From Podarcis liolepis (Eukaryota), in NCBI GenBank assembly GCA_965112155.1, contig OZ218112.1: a stretch of DNA of 64,000 bases; one strand, written 5' to 3'. The position numbers and the translations under genes were made by a program. A model generated the notes under the pieces. It saw only the letters and a program-made list of their open reading frames with translations. It was not told the origin of the DNA and searched no databases. Positions within the stretch are counted from its first letter, which is position 1; each line of letters opens with the position of its first letter. Shown here in pieces: positions 24,750 to 37,900 of the stretch.

Positions 24750-25870
24750 AGGCTGAGCTAGAGTGTCGCACCCGTGCCCGCGAGACCAGGATTCAAACAA
24801 CCATTTGCACATGAAGCCAGCTGCCCAGTGGGGATAAAACGGGGAAGGGGAGAATACGCTGATCTCCCGGGAATAAAGGAAGGGTGTAAATAGGATAATA
24901 CATAATAGCTAAGAATCAAAACACGACGCCGATCCATCATTCTGCACCCCCTTACCCCCTTCTCAATCCCGGGCCCTCCCGCAACCTCTTTTGCACCTAC
25001 CTCAACGGAGACCTCTCCTCAACTTCACCCCAAAGGGCGCAAGTCTCCCCTTCCACCCGCCCCGCCCCCTCAGCCCCCCTCCCCACTGCAGGCGGTCTCT
25101 ATGACAACCCACCTGAGCCCCGCCCCCTTCCGCCGCTCTCCTCAGCCGCGCTCCCTCCTCCCACCGCACTGTCCCTCTTTTCTTCCCGCCCCCTCCCGCC
25201 CACTTTATTTTTCGGGGGCGGGGGGTCCAACCTTTCGCCGCCGGGTCCCAGCAAACACTCTACCACAGGCACTTCCGGCGTGAGCACCTGACGTCATCTT
25301 CCTCGCGCCTCTTTCCCGCCCCGGATTTTAGAGTCACTTCCGTCCGGAAACGGAAACTTTTTTAAAAGTCTAACTTAATGTACCCATAGAGATAGAAAAG
25401 TAGAGCATTTTCTGAACCACCGATATAAAATGTGAACGGTGACACCATTGGACATGATTCTCTTGCACTGCTACAAAGTCTCTCGAAATTCTCTCTAGAG
25501 ACCGACGGCCCTCCAATGCTCTGTACAGCATTGGAAAACCAGTTGAAATTGAGAACGGGAGTTGCCATTGTGTATTGTTGACGATGTGTGGCTCTTCATT
25601 TTCCTATATCTTTGTTTTTTTCCCTTTCTCCTTCCAGGGCACAAGAGAGGCTGAGCCGGAAGTACAATCACATGGGGGAAAGGATTTAATCGTCTGAGTT
25701 TCTGGTCCGTTGTTATTTTCCTCTCTACACTGAAAACGTGGTCCCAACTGTTTAGTTCCGCCTTGCATTTGATTCTCAAGATTGTAGTTGCCAGCTTTAA
25801 TTTGGAGGTGAAGTGGGATGCTTTAGTCCTTGGACGGAAAGGGAAGGTGAGTTTGCGCCGCCCAAAGCCT
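24750..25870. promoter_or_regulatory. CpG island / probable bidirectional promoter of FBXW2 and SLC2A8
   Basis: High CpG density; ETS/GABP-type motifs ACTTCCGG 25271-25278, ACTTCCG 25336-25342, CCGGAA 25344-25349, CCGGAAGT 25656-25663; full CRE TGACGTCA 25289-25296; GC boxes. Confidence 0.75.
25001..25280 (-). other. FBXW2: Probable non-coding first exon(s) of FBXW2
   Basis: GC-rich region with minus-strand donors GAG|gtaggt (exon end 25001) and CAG|gtgggt (exon end 25113), just downstream of ETS/CRE motifs; TSS position is approximate. Confidence 0.6.
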
Positions 25871-27288
25871 CCCCCAATATTTTTTCCTTACATTATCCCG
25901 CTTCCACCCTCCTTCAACTAGATTTTAATTCATTCTCTCTCCTAAGTTCCCTAATTTTGCACGCTTTCTGCCAAGCTCTCCGGTCCGAGGCTATTTCTAG
26001 CGTCGCATTCTGTACTTCCACAGGGGTCTTGGGGAGGGGTTTTCCCAGGCCTGCTACTAAAGTTGGAGGCTGATCCTGGGACATGACCCACGACTTCTCT
26101 GGTGAAACAAGTTTTGTGCGTTGGGGGTGTTGGATTGTGAGATGACACCCAAGAAGAGCACTAAAGATATGGTTAATAGCGCCTATGTGGTGCCAGAGAG
26201 AAATAATGCCTTGTCCCTTGTGTGCCAGTGAGGGACGTGTGTCTTCCTTTGTGGGGTTCTCTGACTGTGGGGTTCCTGATGTTCCGTCTCCCTCAGCAAA
26301 TGCCCGCTTTGTGTTTTACTAGCCCTTTGGAATTGCAGTACTTTTCAGGCTGGCTGCCTGTTTACTCATTCCATCCCTCTTGCCTAACAATAGAGGGCAG
26401 AAGAGCATGGGCGTAGTCAGGGCTTTTGTTGGGGCGGGGGCAGAACCGACGTGATTCGTCAGTTATTTCCAATGTTTTACTTGATGTAGGGACGGGCAGC
26501 TGCCCCTCCTGGCGCCCCCCCCCCGCTTTGCTACACCCATGCAGAAGAGTGGTGGTCAGCAAAGATCAGGAGTTGAGTCATAGCTTGTCACGAGAGGGAG
26601 CGACCCCAACTGCCTTGAAGATGGTGGTTGTGAGGCCACTCCCAAATAAATTTCCCCAGATCTTGAAATTGTTCCAGCTTCAGGGCCAGTTGCAAGTGTT
26701 ACCATTTGGAGCAAGGTGTTCAGGAAGGTGGTTGGCTGTCCAGTTGTTCTTGGATGACCCAGATTAGAGGGAGACTGGCACAAAGTGATCCCCATTATGT
26801 TTGCTGGCAGAACATGGATTTGCTCCTAGATTTCTCTAGCTCAAATCTGATGCTCCACGGGAAATCATGTGATTGACTGAACAAATACAGAGTGCCTTTT
26901 CTATGATACCATCACACCTAGTCTCCTTTCCCAACCTTTCTGGATTGCTTGATACTCTTCAATAACCTTTTTGAGATGGGGCAGCTGGAACTGTACCAAG
27001 TATTCTCATTATGGGCCCCCTCTAGATGTCCTTTTTATCCTGCATTCCTGGTGATTTGTACTCATGATGGTATCAGGGCAGTTATACATGATCCTGTTTC
27101 CCATATTGTTTTGCGCATGTGCATGCCCTGCTAGCTTCCTGCTGAAATATGAATTTTTTTCATGCCACAAACGTTCAGGAGGAGAGGGGCTTTGTTGTAG
27201 TAGCTGTTATTGTGCTGAAGTTCCCCTATAGATGGCAGTAAAGTAACAGTGAAAAAGTATTGCAGAAAAGTAATGAAATGCACTGGTA

Positions 27289-27530
27289 CAGTGGTACCTC
27301 AGGGTAAGTACTTAATTCGTTCTGGAGGTCTGTACTTAACCTGAAACTGTTCTTAACCTGAAGCACCACTTTAGCTAATGAGGCCTCCCACTGCCGCCGC
27401 GCCGCCGGAGCACGATTTCTGTTCTCATCCTGAAGCAAAGTTCTTAACCTGAAGCACTATTTCTGGGTTAGTGGAGTCTGTAGCCTGAAGCATATGTAAC
27501 CTGAAGCATATGTAACCCAAGGTGCCACTG
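27289..27530. mobile_element. Tc1/mariner (Tigger-like) MITE
   Basis: TIR CAGTGGTACC, TA target duplication; homologous to 33102-33327 and 37642-37859. Confidence 0.85.
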
Positions 27531-28845
27531 TATGTGGATAATCTAGTATGAATCCAGCACTAATGCTCTGTTCAATGACATGTTGCAGAGTACACCCACC
27601 TACCGCAAAAAAAGCACCAGTCTGGAGAGGATGTCATGAGACCTGCAGTCCTATTGGGATTCGGTTGGCATGCTCTGATGAAGTAGGAATAAATGGGGGA
27701 GGGGGCTGAAGTGGGATAATCTGGGTTGGAGGAGGATTAGGGGTACGTCCCCTCTCCACCCCAAGTCCAGTTGCTTTGGAAGGGGAAGCAGCTGTGCCAG
27801 CTCTTTCCTCCAACCTTGCTGCAGAGCAGGAAGCGTCAGTAAAAGCTAGGAAGGCTGAACAAGAGGTGGCAGCAACTGAACAAGGCCCTGAGCAGGAGGG
27901 TGCTGCCTTGCCCTCTAGGATCAGGATCTGCCTTCACAAATGGTAACAGATCCACATACCCCAACAGAATGCACATTTGCAGTTCCAACATCGCCACAAG
28001 GCAAGACAGTGAGGGCACTATGTTTTAACAGGCAGAGTGTAGAAACTTGTTGGAACATTTTTGGTGCTTCCATCCAGTTCTGAATAACTTGCTCTTCTCC
28101 TGAACTTCCCAAGTTTTGGGTCTGCTGCTGAGCCTGTACTTCCAAGTAAGAGCTTCTGCTTGCATGTGTTGGATGGGAGTCAGGACAGTGCCCTACAATC
28201 CTGCCCAGCAACTGTGTCCTATACTTTTTGCTTTACACCCAGCCTGATGAAAGCCTTTCCTGGCTTCTTTGAGACCTTTCCTTTGGGTATATTAACAGTA
28301 GTTTCCCACTGTTATTTTTGGATCATTGAGGGTTATGGTGTTCTCAGTTCTCAGAGTGCCAGTCCTTACATTGCCAAAAGGGTACCATGCACTCATACAA
28401 GAGGGAGGTATCTGTAGGCTCTGAGGAACCCCCTGACCTCCCTGTAACAAAACCTAGCCCACTGAAGTCTTGAACATGCTCAGGATCCATAGAATGCTGA
28501 GTGTGTTGAGATGGAAAACATGGGAATGAGAGGGAATGAAATGGAGTGCCCTGGAAGAGGGCATGGCTGGCTAGCTGGAACCCTGAACAAGAGCAGTTCA
28601 TGCTACAAAGTTTTGTTTCAGTTCCCCCTTCTGGCCAGCTGCAGTTTTGTCTCATTTTCAAAAATGAAGGCAGCAATGTATGGCTGAGGAAGCAAAATAG
28701 GTCACAAGACTTTCATTTGCTACTTCTTGCTTATGATCTTCATCTCCCCCCTTCTCTATTTTTGGTTCTATTTTAAAGTCTTCAGGGCTAAGAAACAGAC
28801 ATCATTTGCTGGGCAGAATTGCATTCTCTGCCACCAATGGGAGAT

Positions 28846-28931
28846 ATGGCATCTGAGGAAACCAGACCCCTTTTGAGTACTGAGACAGAACTGCCTGCTC
28901 AAAGACCCTCTCCGCTGGAGATCTATCTGAG
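28846..28931 (+). CDS. SLC2A8: SLC2A8 coding exon 1 ([28 protein letters not shown])
   Basis: [DE]xxxLL sorting motif as in GLUT8; donor AG|gtgtgt in phase 2 matches the next exon; absent from ORF track. Confidence 0.88.
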
Positions 28932-31900
28932 GTGTGTGTATTTATCTGGCTTTTGCTTTTGGAAAACCGTCAAAACGCAGTTGTTCTAGTTATGCCCTGC
29001 TGGCCAGGAATATAAGGCTTTGCCAAATATGGACTGAGGGACAAAGAGGACAAGGTCCTAATGTTGGTTATCTACAAGTTCAGTAGTCAGCCTCTGTCCC
29101 TCTGCCCCTTTGCCCTCACTCTGTATCAGCTGTTTGTAATGGAGTTTAATGAATGACATCTCTGCTTGCCAGATTCTGAATTGTTGGCTCAACAGAATCA
29201 CCCTGAGAGGTTTTCCAAATCTGATTGAGAATCTTGGAACAAGAGAGCTTTTCTTCTAAATGCATAATCTGAGCTATTTCTGATGTTCAGGCATGCCAAT
29301 CCCAAATGGCACAATTTGTACACAATATAACAGCAGGCTTGGAGGGGGAGTGTTTAGTGGCGGGGTCCCAAGGGAGGGAAACTCTTTCAAAAGCAGGCCA
29401 GTGACGTTGACTGTGGAACGTTGACTGCTGGGAGAGAGATTCAGAAGGTGAGGAAATGGAATGGATAATCCATGAAAAGGGCATGTCTGGCTAGAACACT
29501 CCATTCTGCAACATTTGGTTGCTGTTTTTCTTTTTTGGTGTTTTCATTGAGTTTTCTACCACAATCCCAAGATGCTGGTCAGTCATCTCTATTTGAAGAC
29601 CCTATCATTGTTTTGTGTGATAGCTGGATGTGAGTGTAGAAGCAACTCTCCCCTCCTGCAGTTTCCAGCACCTTGTATTCAGAAGCAGACTGCCTCTGAC
29701 AGTGGAGGCAGAACATTGTCATTTTGGCTAGTAGCCATTTATTGGCTTGTGAATTTGCCTAATCTTTAAAAGCCATTTACTGAACCAGCTTTACAAATGG
29801 GACCTATTGGGTGACAGTAAAAGGTAAAGGACCTCTGGATGGTTAAGTCCAGTCAAAGGCGACTATGGCGTGCAGTGCTCATCTTGCTTTTCAGGCTGAG
29901 GGGGCCAGCATTTGTCCACAGACAGCTTTCCGGGTCATGTGGCCAGCATGACTAAACTGCTACTGGCGCATGGAGGACCATGATGAGTGCCAGAGCACAC
30001 GGAAACACTGTTTACCTTCCCGCCACAGTGGTAACTTTTTATTTGCTTGGAGACAGTATCACCCATAGAGAAGATGTTATCAGTTATCCCTAATCACATC
30101 TTGTTGCCACAGCCGTGCCTTCATAATTGAGTGGGAGCTACACAGCACATCCCTTCCTATTGTCTTACACCAGGGGTGGGGAATGTGGCCTCTTCATTTG
30201 ACCCTTGGAACTATTCTGGAACTATTCTCTGGTCCTGTGTCTCCCACTCCTCCCGGCCCTGTTTCGCATCCATAATATTTTTGCCTGGCAGGAATTAGTC
30301 CTTTAGCTTTGACAATGCCCCTTGGTGTAACTGGGAAGTATCCCCCATCTCAATCCCTGGAGGCCAGCTGCCAATCAATGTAATGGACTGACTTGGTATA
30401 AGGCAGTTTCCTGCATGCTTAAATATTTGTGTGTTTGGGTGCTGAACTAAATAGATGTAGTGATGGCCACCAACTTGGATGGCTTCAGAAGAGGATCAGA
30501 CAAATTCATGAAGGGTGTGGCTATCTGTGGCTACTAGCTGCAGTGGCTATGCGTTCTTCCTCCACTGTCACACACCTCTGAATGCCAGTTTCTAGGAATC
30601 ACAGCTAGGGAGAACACTGTGGTGCTCAGGTCTTGCTTGTGGGCTTCCCAAGACATCTAATTGGTCACTGTGAGAACAGGATGCTGGAACAGGTGGACCA
30701 TTGGCTTGATCCAGCAGATTGTTCTTATGAACAGTTTCTTTCAAAAGAAAGAGTCAGCGGAAGCACTAATACATCTGCATCTGCAACTGAAAGATCTGAA
30801 ACAAAAGCGTGTGATCTTTTCAGGTGTCTGCTGAGCTGCAAGGTCTGCAAAAAAAAAAAGGCAGCTGTTTGTGTGTCTCTCCCCCACCCCCATATTTTTC
30901 ATTTTCACTTCTTGTGCAGCAAGGTCCAAAATCAGAATCTCTTCCTGGCTACGTTTGCTGCTGTGCTGGGACCACTAAGCTTTGGATTTGTCCTTGGCTA
31001 CAGTTCGCCGGCTATTCCGAGCCTAAAGAAAGTTAGCAACCCGGAATTAAGGTTGGAAGACATTCAAGCATCTTGGTTTGGGGTAAGTCTTCTGCTCCAT
31101 AAGCAAAGGAAAGGCAGTACTTCAGTGGCAGAGCATCTCCTTTGCGTGCAGAAGATCCTAGGTTCATTCTCCAGCATCTTCAAGGTGGGGCTGGAATTGT
31201 CCCTTCCTAATACCCTGGAGACCTGCAGCACGGCAGTGTTGATAGCACTTCACTAGATGAACCCCTGTGAAATGACGTTATATAAGGCAGCTTCCTGTGT
31301 TCTTCTGTTGGTTTGATAATATGGGGTGGAAAATAAATGCTTATTGACTTGTGCCAGAGTATAGAGACATATGGAACTCAGGTGGCGCTGTGGGTTAAAC
31401 CACAGAGCCTAGGACATGCCGATCAGAAGGTCAGCGGTTCGAATCCCCGTGATGGGGTGAGCTCCCGTTGCTCGGTCCCTGCTCCTGCCAACCTAGCAGT
31501 CCGAAAGCACGTTAAAATGCAAGTAGATAAATAGGTACCTCTCCGGCGGGAAGGTAAACGGCGTTTCCATGCACTGCTCTGCATGCTGGCCACATGACCC
31601 GGAAGCTGTATGCCGGCTCCCTCGGCCTATAGAGCGAGATGAGCGCGCAACCCCAGAGTCGGGCACGACTGGACCTAATGGTCAGGGGTCCCTTTACCTT
31701 GTATAGAGACATAGGAAGGTTTATTGAGTCAGATCATTCTTCCATCTAGTCCAGCACTCTTGATTGTCAGCAGCTCTCCAGAGTCTCTGTCTACCTTCTA
31801 CCAAACCAGTACATCGGCTCATCTAGCTTAGTACTGTCTACACTGACTGTCAGCAGCTCTCCAGGGTTTTAGGCAGAGATTCCCTCACAGTCCAACTTGA

Positions 31901-34900
31901 AGATGCCGGTGATTGAACCTGGGACCATAAGCATGCAGAGCTGATGTCCCACGATAGAGCTAGGGCCCCCTCCCTTAAAAGTAAAGTAGGATTCTAGTCC
32001 TCAATAGTCTTGCTGAATCAAACAGGAACATAGGAAGTCACCTTGTACAGAGCAGGGGAGAGGTGTGTATGTCGCCTCCGAACACCTTGCAGGATAGGTC
32101 AGATATAAATGTCATTTATACTGTGCCATCATTGCGTACACCAAATCTTGGGTTAGTTAATGTGATCGAAAGGGGCAGGAATCTACAATCAGAAACTGTT
32201 CAGTTGTGAGAGTCAGTTCCTTTTTTCTTTTTCTTTTGCAGTCTATCGTAACGCTGGGTGCTGCTGCAGGCGGGATTCTGGGGGGATATGTCGTGGATAA
32301 ATTTGGCCGGAAGCTTACCCTGATGCTGTGTGCCATCCCATTCGTTTTTGGCTTCACAATCATAATCTCAGCTCAGAATGTCTGGATGCTTTATGTGGGC
32401 CGGCTACTGAATGGCTTGGCCAGTGGGGTAACATCCTTGGTGGTCCCGGTAAGAGATGGTCTGCCCTGTCCTTTCTCATTGCAGTTTTGTGGAAAGAGAG
32501 CCATCTGCTGAATGCCAGAATCTGCATTTTACTGATTTGGAGACCATTGACCCATCTAGCTCAGTATTATCTATTAAGGGGATGGGGAATTTCAGGCCCA
32601 GAGGCCTAATTGCACTGTTAATTAGGGAATTTCAGTACTTGATTCTGATTTTGTCACCTGTATCTACATACACCTGTCTCTGATTGCCTTGATTCTATAA
32701 GAAAAACAGGGATACACTACTGACCTGCCCTCTCTTTTTTCTTGTTGTATTGAAAAAAAATGCAAAATTCTGCAAATGCAAAAACAAATAAAATATATCC
32801 TTTTCTCTGTATGACTTGAACAAGACTCCCTTCCCCTTTTGTCCATGCTGTAGGTATATATTTCTGAAATAGCCCACTCCAAAGTTCGAGGGATGCTAGG
32901 ATCGTGCGTTCAGCTGATGGTGGTGACTGGCATCTTGGGAGCTTATATAGCAGGTACACCCATGAGGCTCTGTTGTGTTCTTGGGTTTGCACATTTTCTC
33001 TTGCACACATCATCGTGGGATACAAGTACACCAACCAACATCTGTGGATGGAGTTGCCACAGAATGTTGTGGGAAACTGAGTGGGAAGAGGGAGTGGAGT
33101 ACAGTGGTACCTCAGGTTAAGAACTTAATTCGTTCTGGAGGTCCATTCTTAACCTGAAACTGTTCTTAACCTGAGGTACCACTTTAGCTAATGGGGCCTC
33201 CTGCTGCTGCCACACTGCCACCACGCAATTTCTGTTCTCATCCTGAAGCAAAGTTCTTAACCCAAGGTACTATTTCTGGGTTAGCGGAGTCTGTAACCTG
33301 AAGCGTCTGTAACCCGAGGTACCACTGTACCTTGAAAGGAGAGGGTATGACTGCCTGCTTTCATACCTTTGAGAATTTCTGCTTGGGTGGAAAGTGTCCT
33401 TGAATTCTGATCATGCCTCTTGCTTGCCTGAATGATTGGTAGAGAGTTGGTGTGTGAGAATGTGTGCAGATACTAGCCTACTGTACAAAGGCAATATCTG
33501 CATTCCTTTCTCATGTTTGCCTCTAGCCTTACCCACCACGGGCACCAACAGGCACTCTGTCTTAACGGAATACATCACTTGAATGCTGGGGGAGCTGTTT
33601 GCAGCTATAACGTGCACCAGCTTGCATTTAGCCCTCTGGGCATGACAAAAGCTGCCAAGTGTCCTTTATTCCTTGCCCCTAAGAACGGCTCTTCTTCTTT
33701 TGGGTCTCCTCCCTCAGGCACAGGGCTGGACTGGCGCTGGCTGGCCGTACTGTGTTCCGTCCCACCATGTTTTATGCTTGTACTTGTGGCTTTCATGCCC
33801 GAAACGCCTCGCTTCCTGCTGAGCCGGAATCAGCGGCCAGAGGCCATTGCTGCTCTGCAGTTCCTGCGGGGGCCCCTGGTGGACCATGAGTGGGAATGCA
33901 GGGAGATTGAAGTGAATGCCGAAGGACAGGTAAGTGGAGCCGGAACTATACTGAAACCGGACACGTTCTTGGGTTGCAAGGGTGGGAAAGGTGGCAGGAG
34001 AATAGATCTGCCTCTTCCCCCTGCTAGCTCAGCTCTCTCCAGCTTTAGGCTTTTCAGGGGAGGAGGGTGTAAGTCTGAAGTATTTGCCATCTGCTCCTCC
34101 TGGTATAGGGATGCAGGTGGCGCTGTGGTCTAAACCACAGCCTAGGGCTTGCCAATCAGAAGGTCGGCGGCTCGAATCCCCACAACAGGATGAGCTCCTG
34201 TTGCTCGATCCCAGCTCCTGCCAACCTAGCAATTCAAAAGCATGTCAAAGTGCAAGTAGATAAATAGGTACCACTCCGGCAGGAAGGTAAACGGCGTTTC
34301 CGTGCGCTGCTCTGGTTTGCCAGAAGCGGCTTAGTCATGCTGACCTGGAAGCTGTATGCCGGCTTCCTTGACCAGTAAAGCAAGATGAACACTGCAACCC
34401 AAGAGTCGCCCACAACTGGACCTAACGGTCAGGGGTCCCTTTACCTTTTACCTCCTGGTATAATCTCGCAGATGCTAACTGCCCCCTGACATTCTTTTCC
34501 TCTGCTGCTGAACTGCTCAGTAGTCAACCCCTTGCTGGAACTGCACAGGAATCAGCAGCAGTTTTGCAAACGGAACAGGGGGTGGCCTGGTACAGCCACT
34601 TACAGTCATGTCCACCCTGTTACAGCTGACCTGCAGGGGGGCTGGGGTGAGGTCTGCTTTGCCACTTTGCATTCCCTGTGGCCAGCCAGCAGGATTGAAC
34701 TTGCTGCTCGGCAGCTGATGAGTGGGGAAGGTTCAACCCTTCCCTTTGTAGGGGTCTGCATTGTCATCGTGTTTCTCCCTGCAGGGAACATAGTGGCGAA
34801 GCAGCAACTGGCAGCGCTGAACTCTCTGCTCCCCAGCTGATGAGTGAAGGGTGCAATCCTCCACTCTGCAGGGGTTTGTTTTGCTCACGTTTCCCTGCAG

Positions 34901-37900
34901 GGAACGTGCTGGCAAAACAGTACCCAGCAGGATTGACATCAGCTGATGGGCAGGTGGGCATGGTTTTGGTGAAATGGCCCAGCTGGCCAAATTGGTTGTC
35001 CTCATGGACCAAGATTCCTAGTTCAGTCCCTGACATCTGCAGCCAGGGTGCTGGGATCTCTACCTCAGACCCCAGAGGGGTACAGTTGCCCCTCAACACT
35101 GAAACACTGGCTACGTCTTCCTTTGCAGGAGGAGCTGAGTCTGGCCGAGTTTAAGAATCCAGCCATTTACAAGCCATTCTTCATTGGTATCGCCATGATG
35201 TTCTTCCAGCAAGTGTCGGGGATCAATGCCATCATGTTTTATGCAGAAACCATCTTTGAAGAAGCCAAATTCAAGGTGGGGGGCTCCTCTGTCCTCTTGA
35301 AACCTTGGATGCAGCCATTCTCATTCATATCTTGGTGAGATGCCCAGAATTGGACACAGTATTCCAAGTGTGGTCTGACTAAGGCACAATAGAGTGGTAC
35401 TATTACTTCCCTTGATCTTCTGTTGATGCAGCCTAGAATAGCATTAGCTTTTCTTTGCTGCTGCATCACACATTTTCAAATATTTGAAGATTTGAGAATA
35501 TTTGAGATTTTTATTTACTTCTTGCTGTTCTGTGTTTTCAGGAGAGTGGTGCTGCTTCCATCATTGTGGGATCCATCCAAGTCTTTTTCACTGCTGTGGC
35601 TGCTCTTATTATTGATAGAAAAGGTCGAAAAGTCCTTCTGGTCGTATCAGGTATTGCAGAAAAGCTACCCTTCCAGTGTGAAGTGTAGGATTCTGTGCCT
35701 TTGCAAGTTAATTTAATGAGGAACACCATGAACAGCTGGATAAAATTTTCTGGAGGTGGATGTCCAGCAAGGCAAGCTTTTATGTGCTTGAAACAACTAG
35801 CTTTAGGGCCTTAGGTCAGTGGATGGACATAATCACCGGCAGGACACACTCTCTCTCTCTCTCTCTTTGTGCTTGTGTGTGTGTGGGGGGGGGGAGGCTA
35901 AGGATGCTCTGATCCAGCACTGCTCTTGTTACATGCACTCTTGTTCCCAAACAGTATAACTAGGTGTTCTGTTAACTATTTATCTCATCTTTCCCAGGGT
36001 TCATTATGGCTATCAGTGCTGCCATCTTCGCGGTCTATTGCAAAATGGCTCTCCCAGTCCCCATCAACTCCTCCCATGCCAACCCACCAAGCTCCATTCT
36101 GAGTGCTGCTGTTGTGGAAGAAGAGCACCACCTTGCGTGGCTGGCGGTGTTGAGCCTGGGCCTCTTCGTCATGGGTTAGTGGGCACTTTTGCTGTGGTTG
36201 CTGTACCCACAAAAGCTAGTCTATATAGATCCATCCACCTAGGGAATTCTGGGTCTTTTGGAGCCTTGAGGAGTTTCCCAGCCACATAGTAAAGGTTGAT
36301 TATGCTTTGACTACGTGGATGCTTCCCACACCAGAATGCCCTCTCTGCTGCTGCAGCAGCAGCAGGTGATGCAGACAGAGGAAATACACATGTCGGAAGA
36401 GTCCTGTTTGATCATGACAAAGCCCTTGATTCCTCCTCCTTCGCTGGAGTCCAGCTTTTTTGAGGTCAGATTAATGACCTGCTTATTGGTAGCCTAGTGC
36501 TTGTGGAGCATAGACCTTAGGGGTAGGGAAACGTTCTTCAGCCAGAGGGTCCCATTTGGGGGGGGGCAGTGTTTTGCAAGGGTCATGTGCTGGTGGTGGG
36601 TAGGGCCAGAGCAACACATGTTCAGCTTTACAATAGGCTGGTTTCTACACACATATTCAGACACCCCTCTCTATCCTCCATCCATGCAAGCAAGTGGCAT
36701 GATCTGAGTTCAATGACACATTCCGGCCAGGCAAAAGTGTGCAAGGAGGGTGTGGGTCCTGGGGTCTTGAAAGCTAGGTGGAGGGGCCTGACGGGGGCTC
36801 TTTTGAAGATGCTGTTGAGGGAGCCTCCCCCTGGGTTGCACAACCTCCTCCACATTGCTGTTGCTGCTGGCTGTTCGCTTGCATTGAGCTGCGCTACTGC
36901 TCAGAAAGAGACAACATATTGTGTGAGTGGTGGCGGATACCTCTCCTCCTTACCATCACTGCTTGCTGACTTGGAGAAGGGCAGGCAAACAGGAAGAGGC
37001 AACGAAGAAGGAGAGCAGCAAGGTTGGGTGGCTATGGGGGTTGTTGTGTACCTGCTGGGGTGTGGTCTTAGATTCTTGCCAAGCAATGGCTACCCCCTGG
37101 TGCCAGTCCTGGGAATAGAACTCCCGCCTCACTCAAGTCGACCTCTTAAACATAACCTTGCATTATTATTTTCAAGTGTGTTTACCCTGCTCTTCATCCA
37201 AAAGCCTCCCAGGGCAGCTTATGAAAATTGATAATACAGTCCCTGCAGTCTTACACACTGCATGGCATGTCATGAAAGGAAAGGAAAAGAATTGGGAAAG
37301 GAGCAGGGGGAAGCAAACTTGGCACTATTTCTTTCTTATAATGGCAGCTATGATGTGAAGAGTTCAGCTGAGCAGCCAAAAGTTGCTCCTCTTTAAGCTG
37401 AGCTGATAGAGTGGCACTGCTTCTCTTCTCCTCCTTTAGCCTAATGAAATGGCTGCTATCAAGTGACTGTTGATGGAGAGAAGAGCCCAATGGACGCTGG
37501 CTTCCAAGCTGGACTGATGAGGTGGCTCTGCTTCCCTTCTCTCCTTCAGCTACAGCGTGTTGCTAGATAACATGTGAGGAAGAGGGGAAGCCTTGACTAG
37601 TTGTATCTTTCTGGTTTCTAATCAGGGTTGCCTGTTCATTACAGTGGTACCTCGGGTTAAGAACTTAATTCGTTCCGGAGGTCCGTTCTTAACCTGAAAC
37701 TGTTCTTAACCTGAAGCACCACTCTAGCTAATGGGGCCTCCTGCTGCCGCCATGTAATTTCTGTTCTCATCCTGAAGCAAAGTTCTTAACCTGAGGTTAA
37801 CAGAGTCTGTAGCCTGAAGCATCTGTAACCTGAAGCGTCTGTAACCCGAGGTACCACTGTACTGACCTTGCTCAGTTCAGGGAAACATCTACTAACTCTG

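Noticed and set aside
25900-28700. Possible glycosyltransferase gene head-to-head with FBXW2 (as recalled for human)
   Set aside because: No long ORF or galactosyltransferase motif visible; a tBLASTn search would be needed to exclude a decayed remnant.
36569-37231. 220-aa ORF in SLC2A8 intron 8
   Set aside because: Overlaps decayed repeats; non-ATG start; no domain or splice support.
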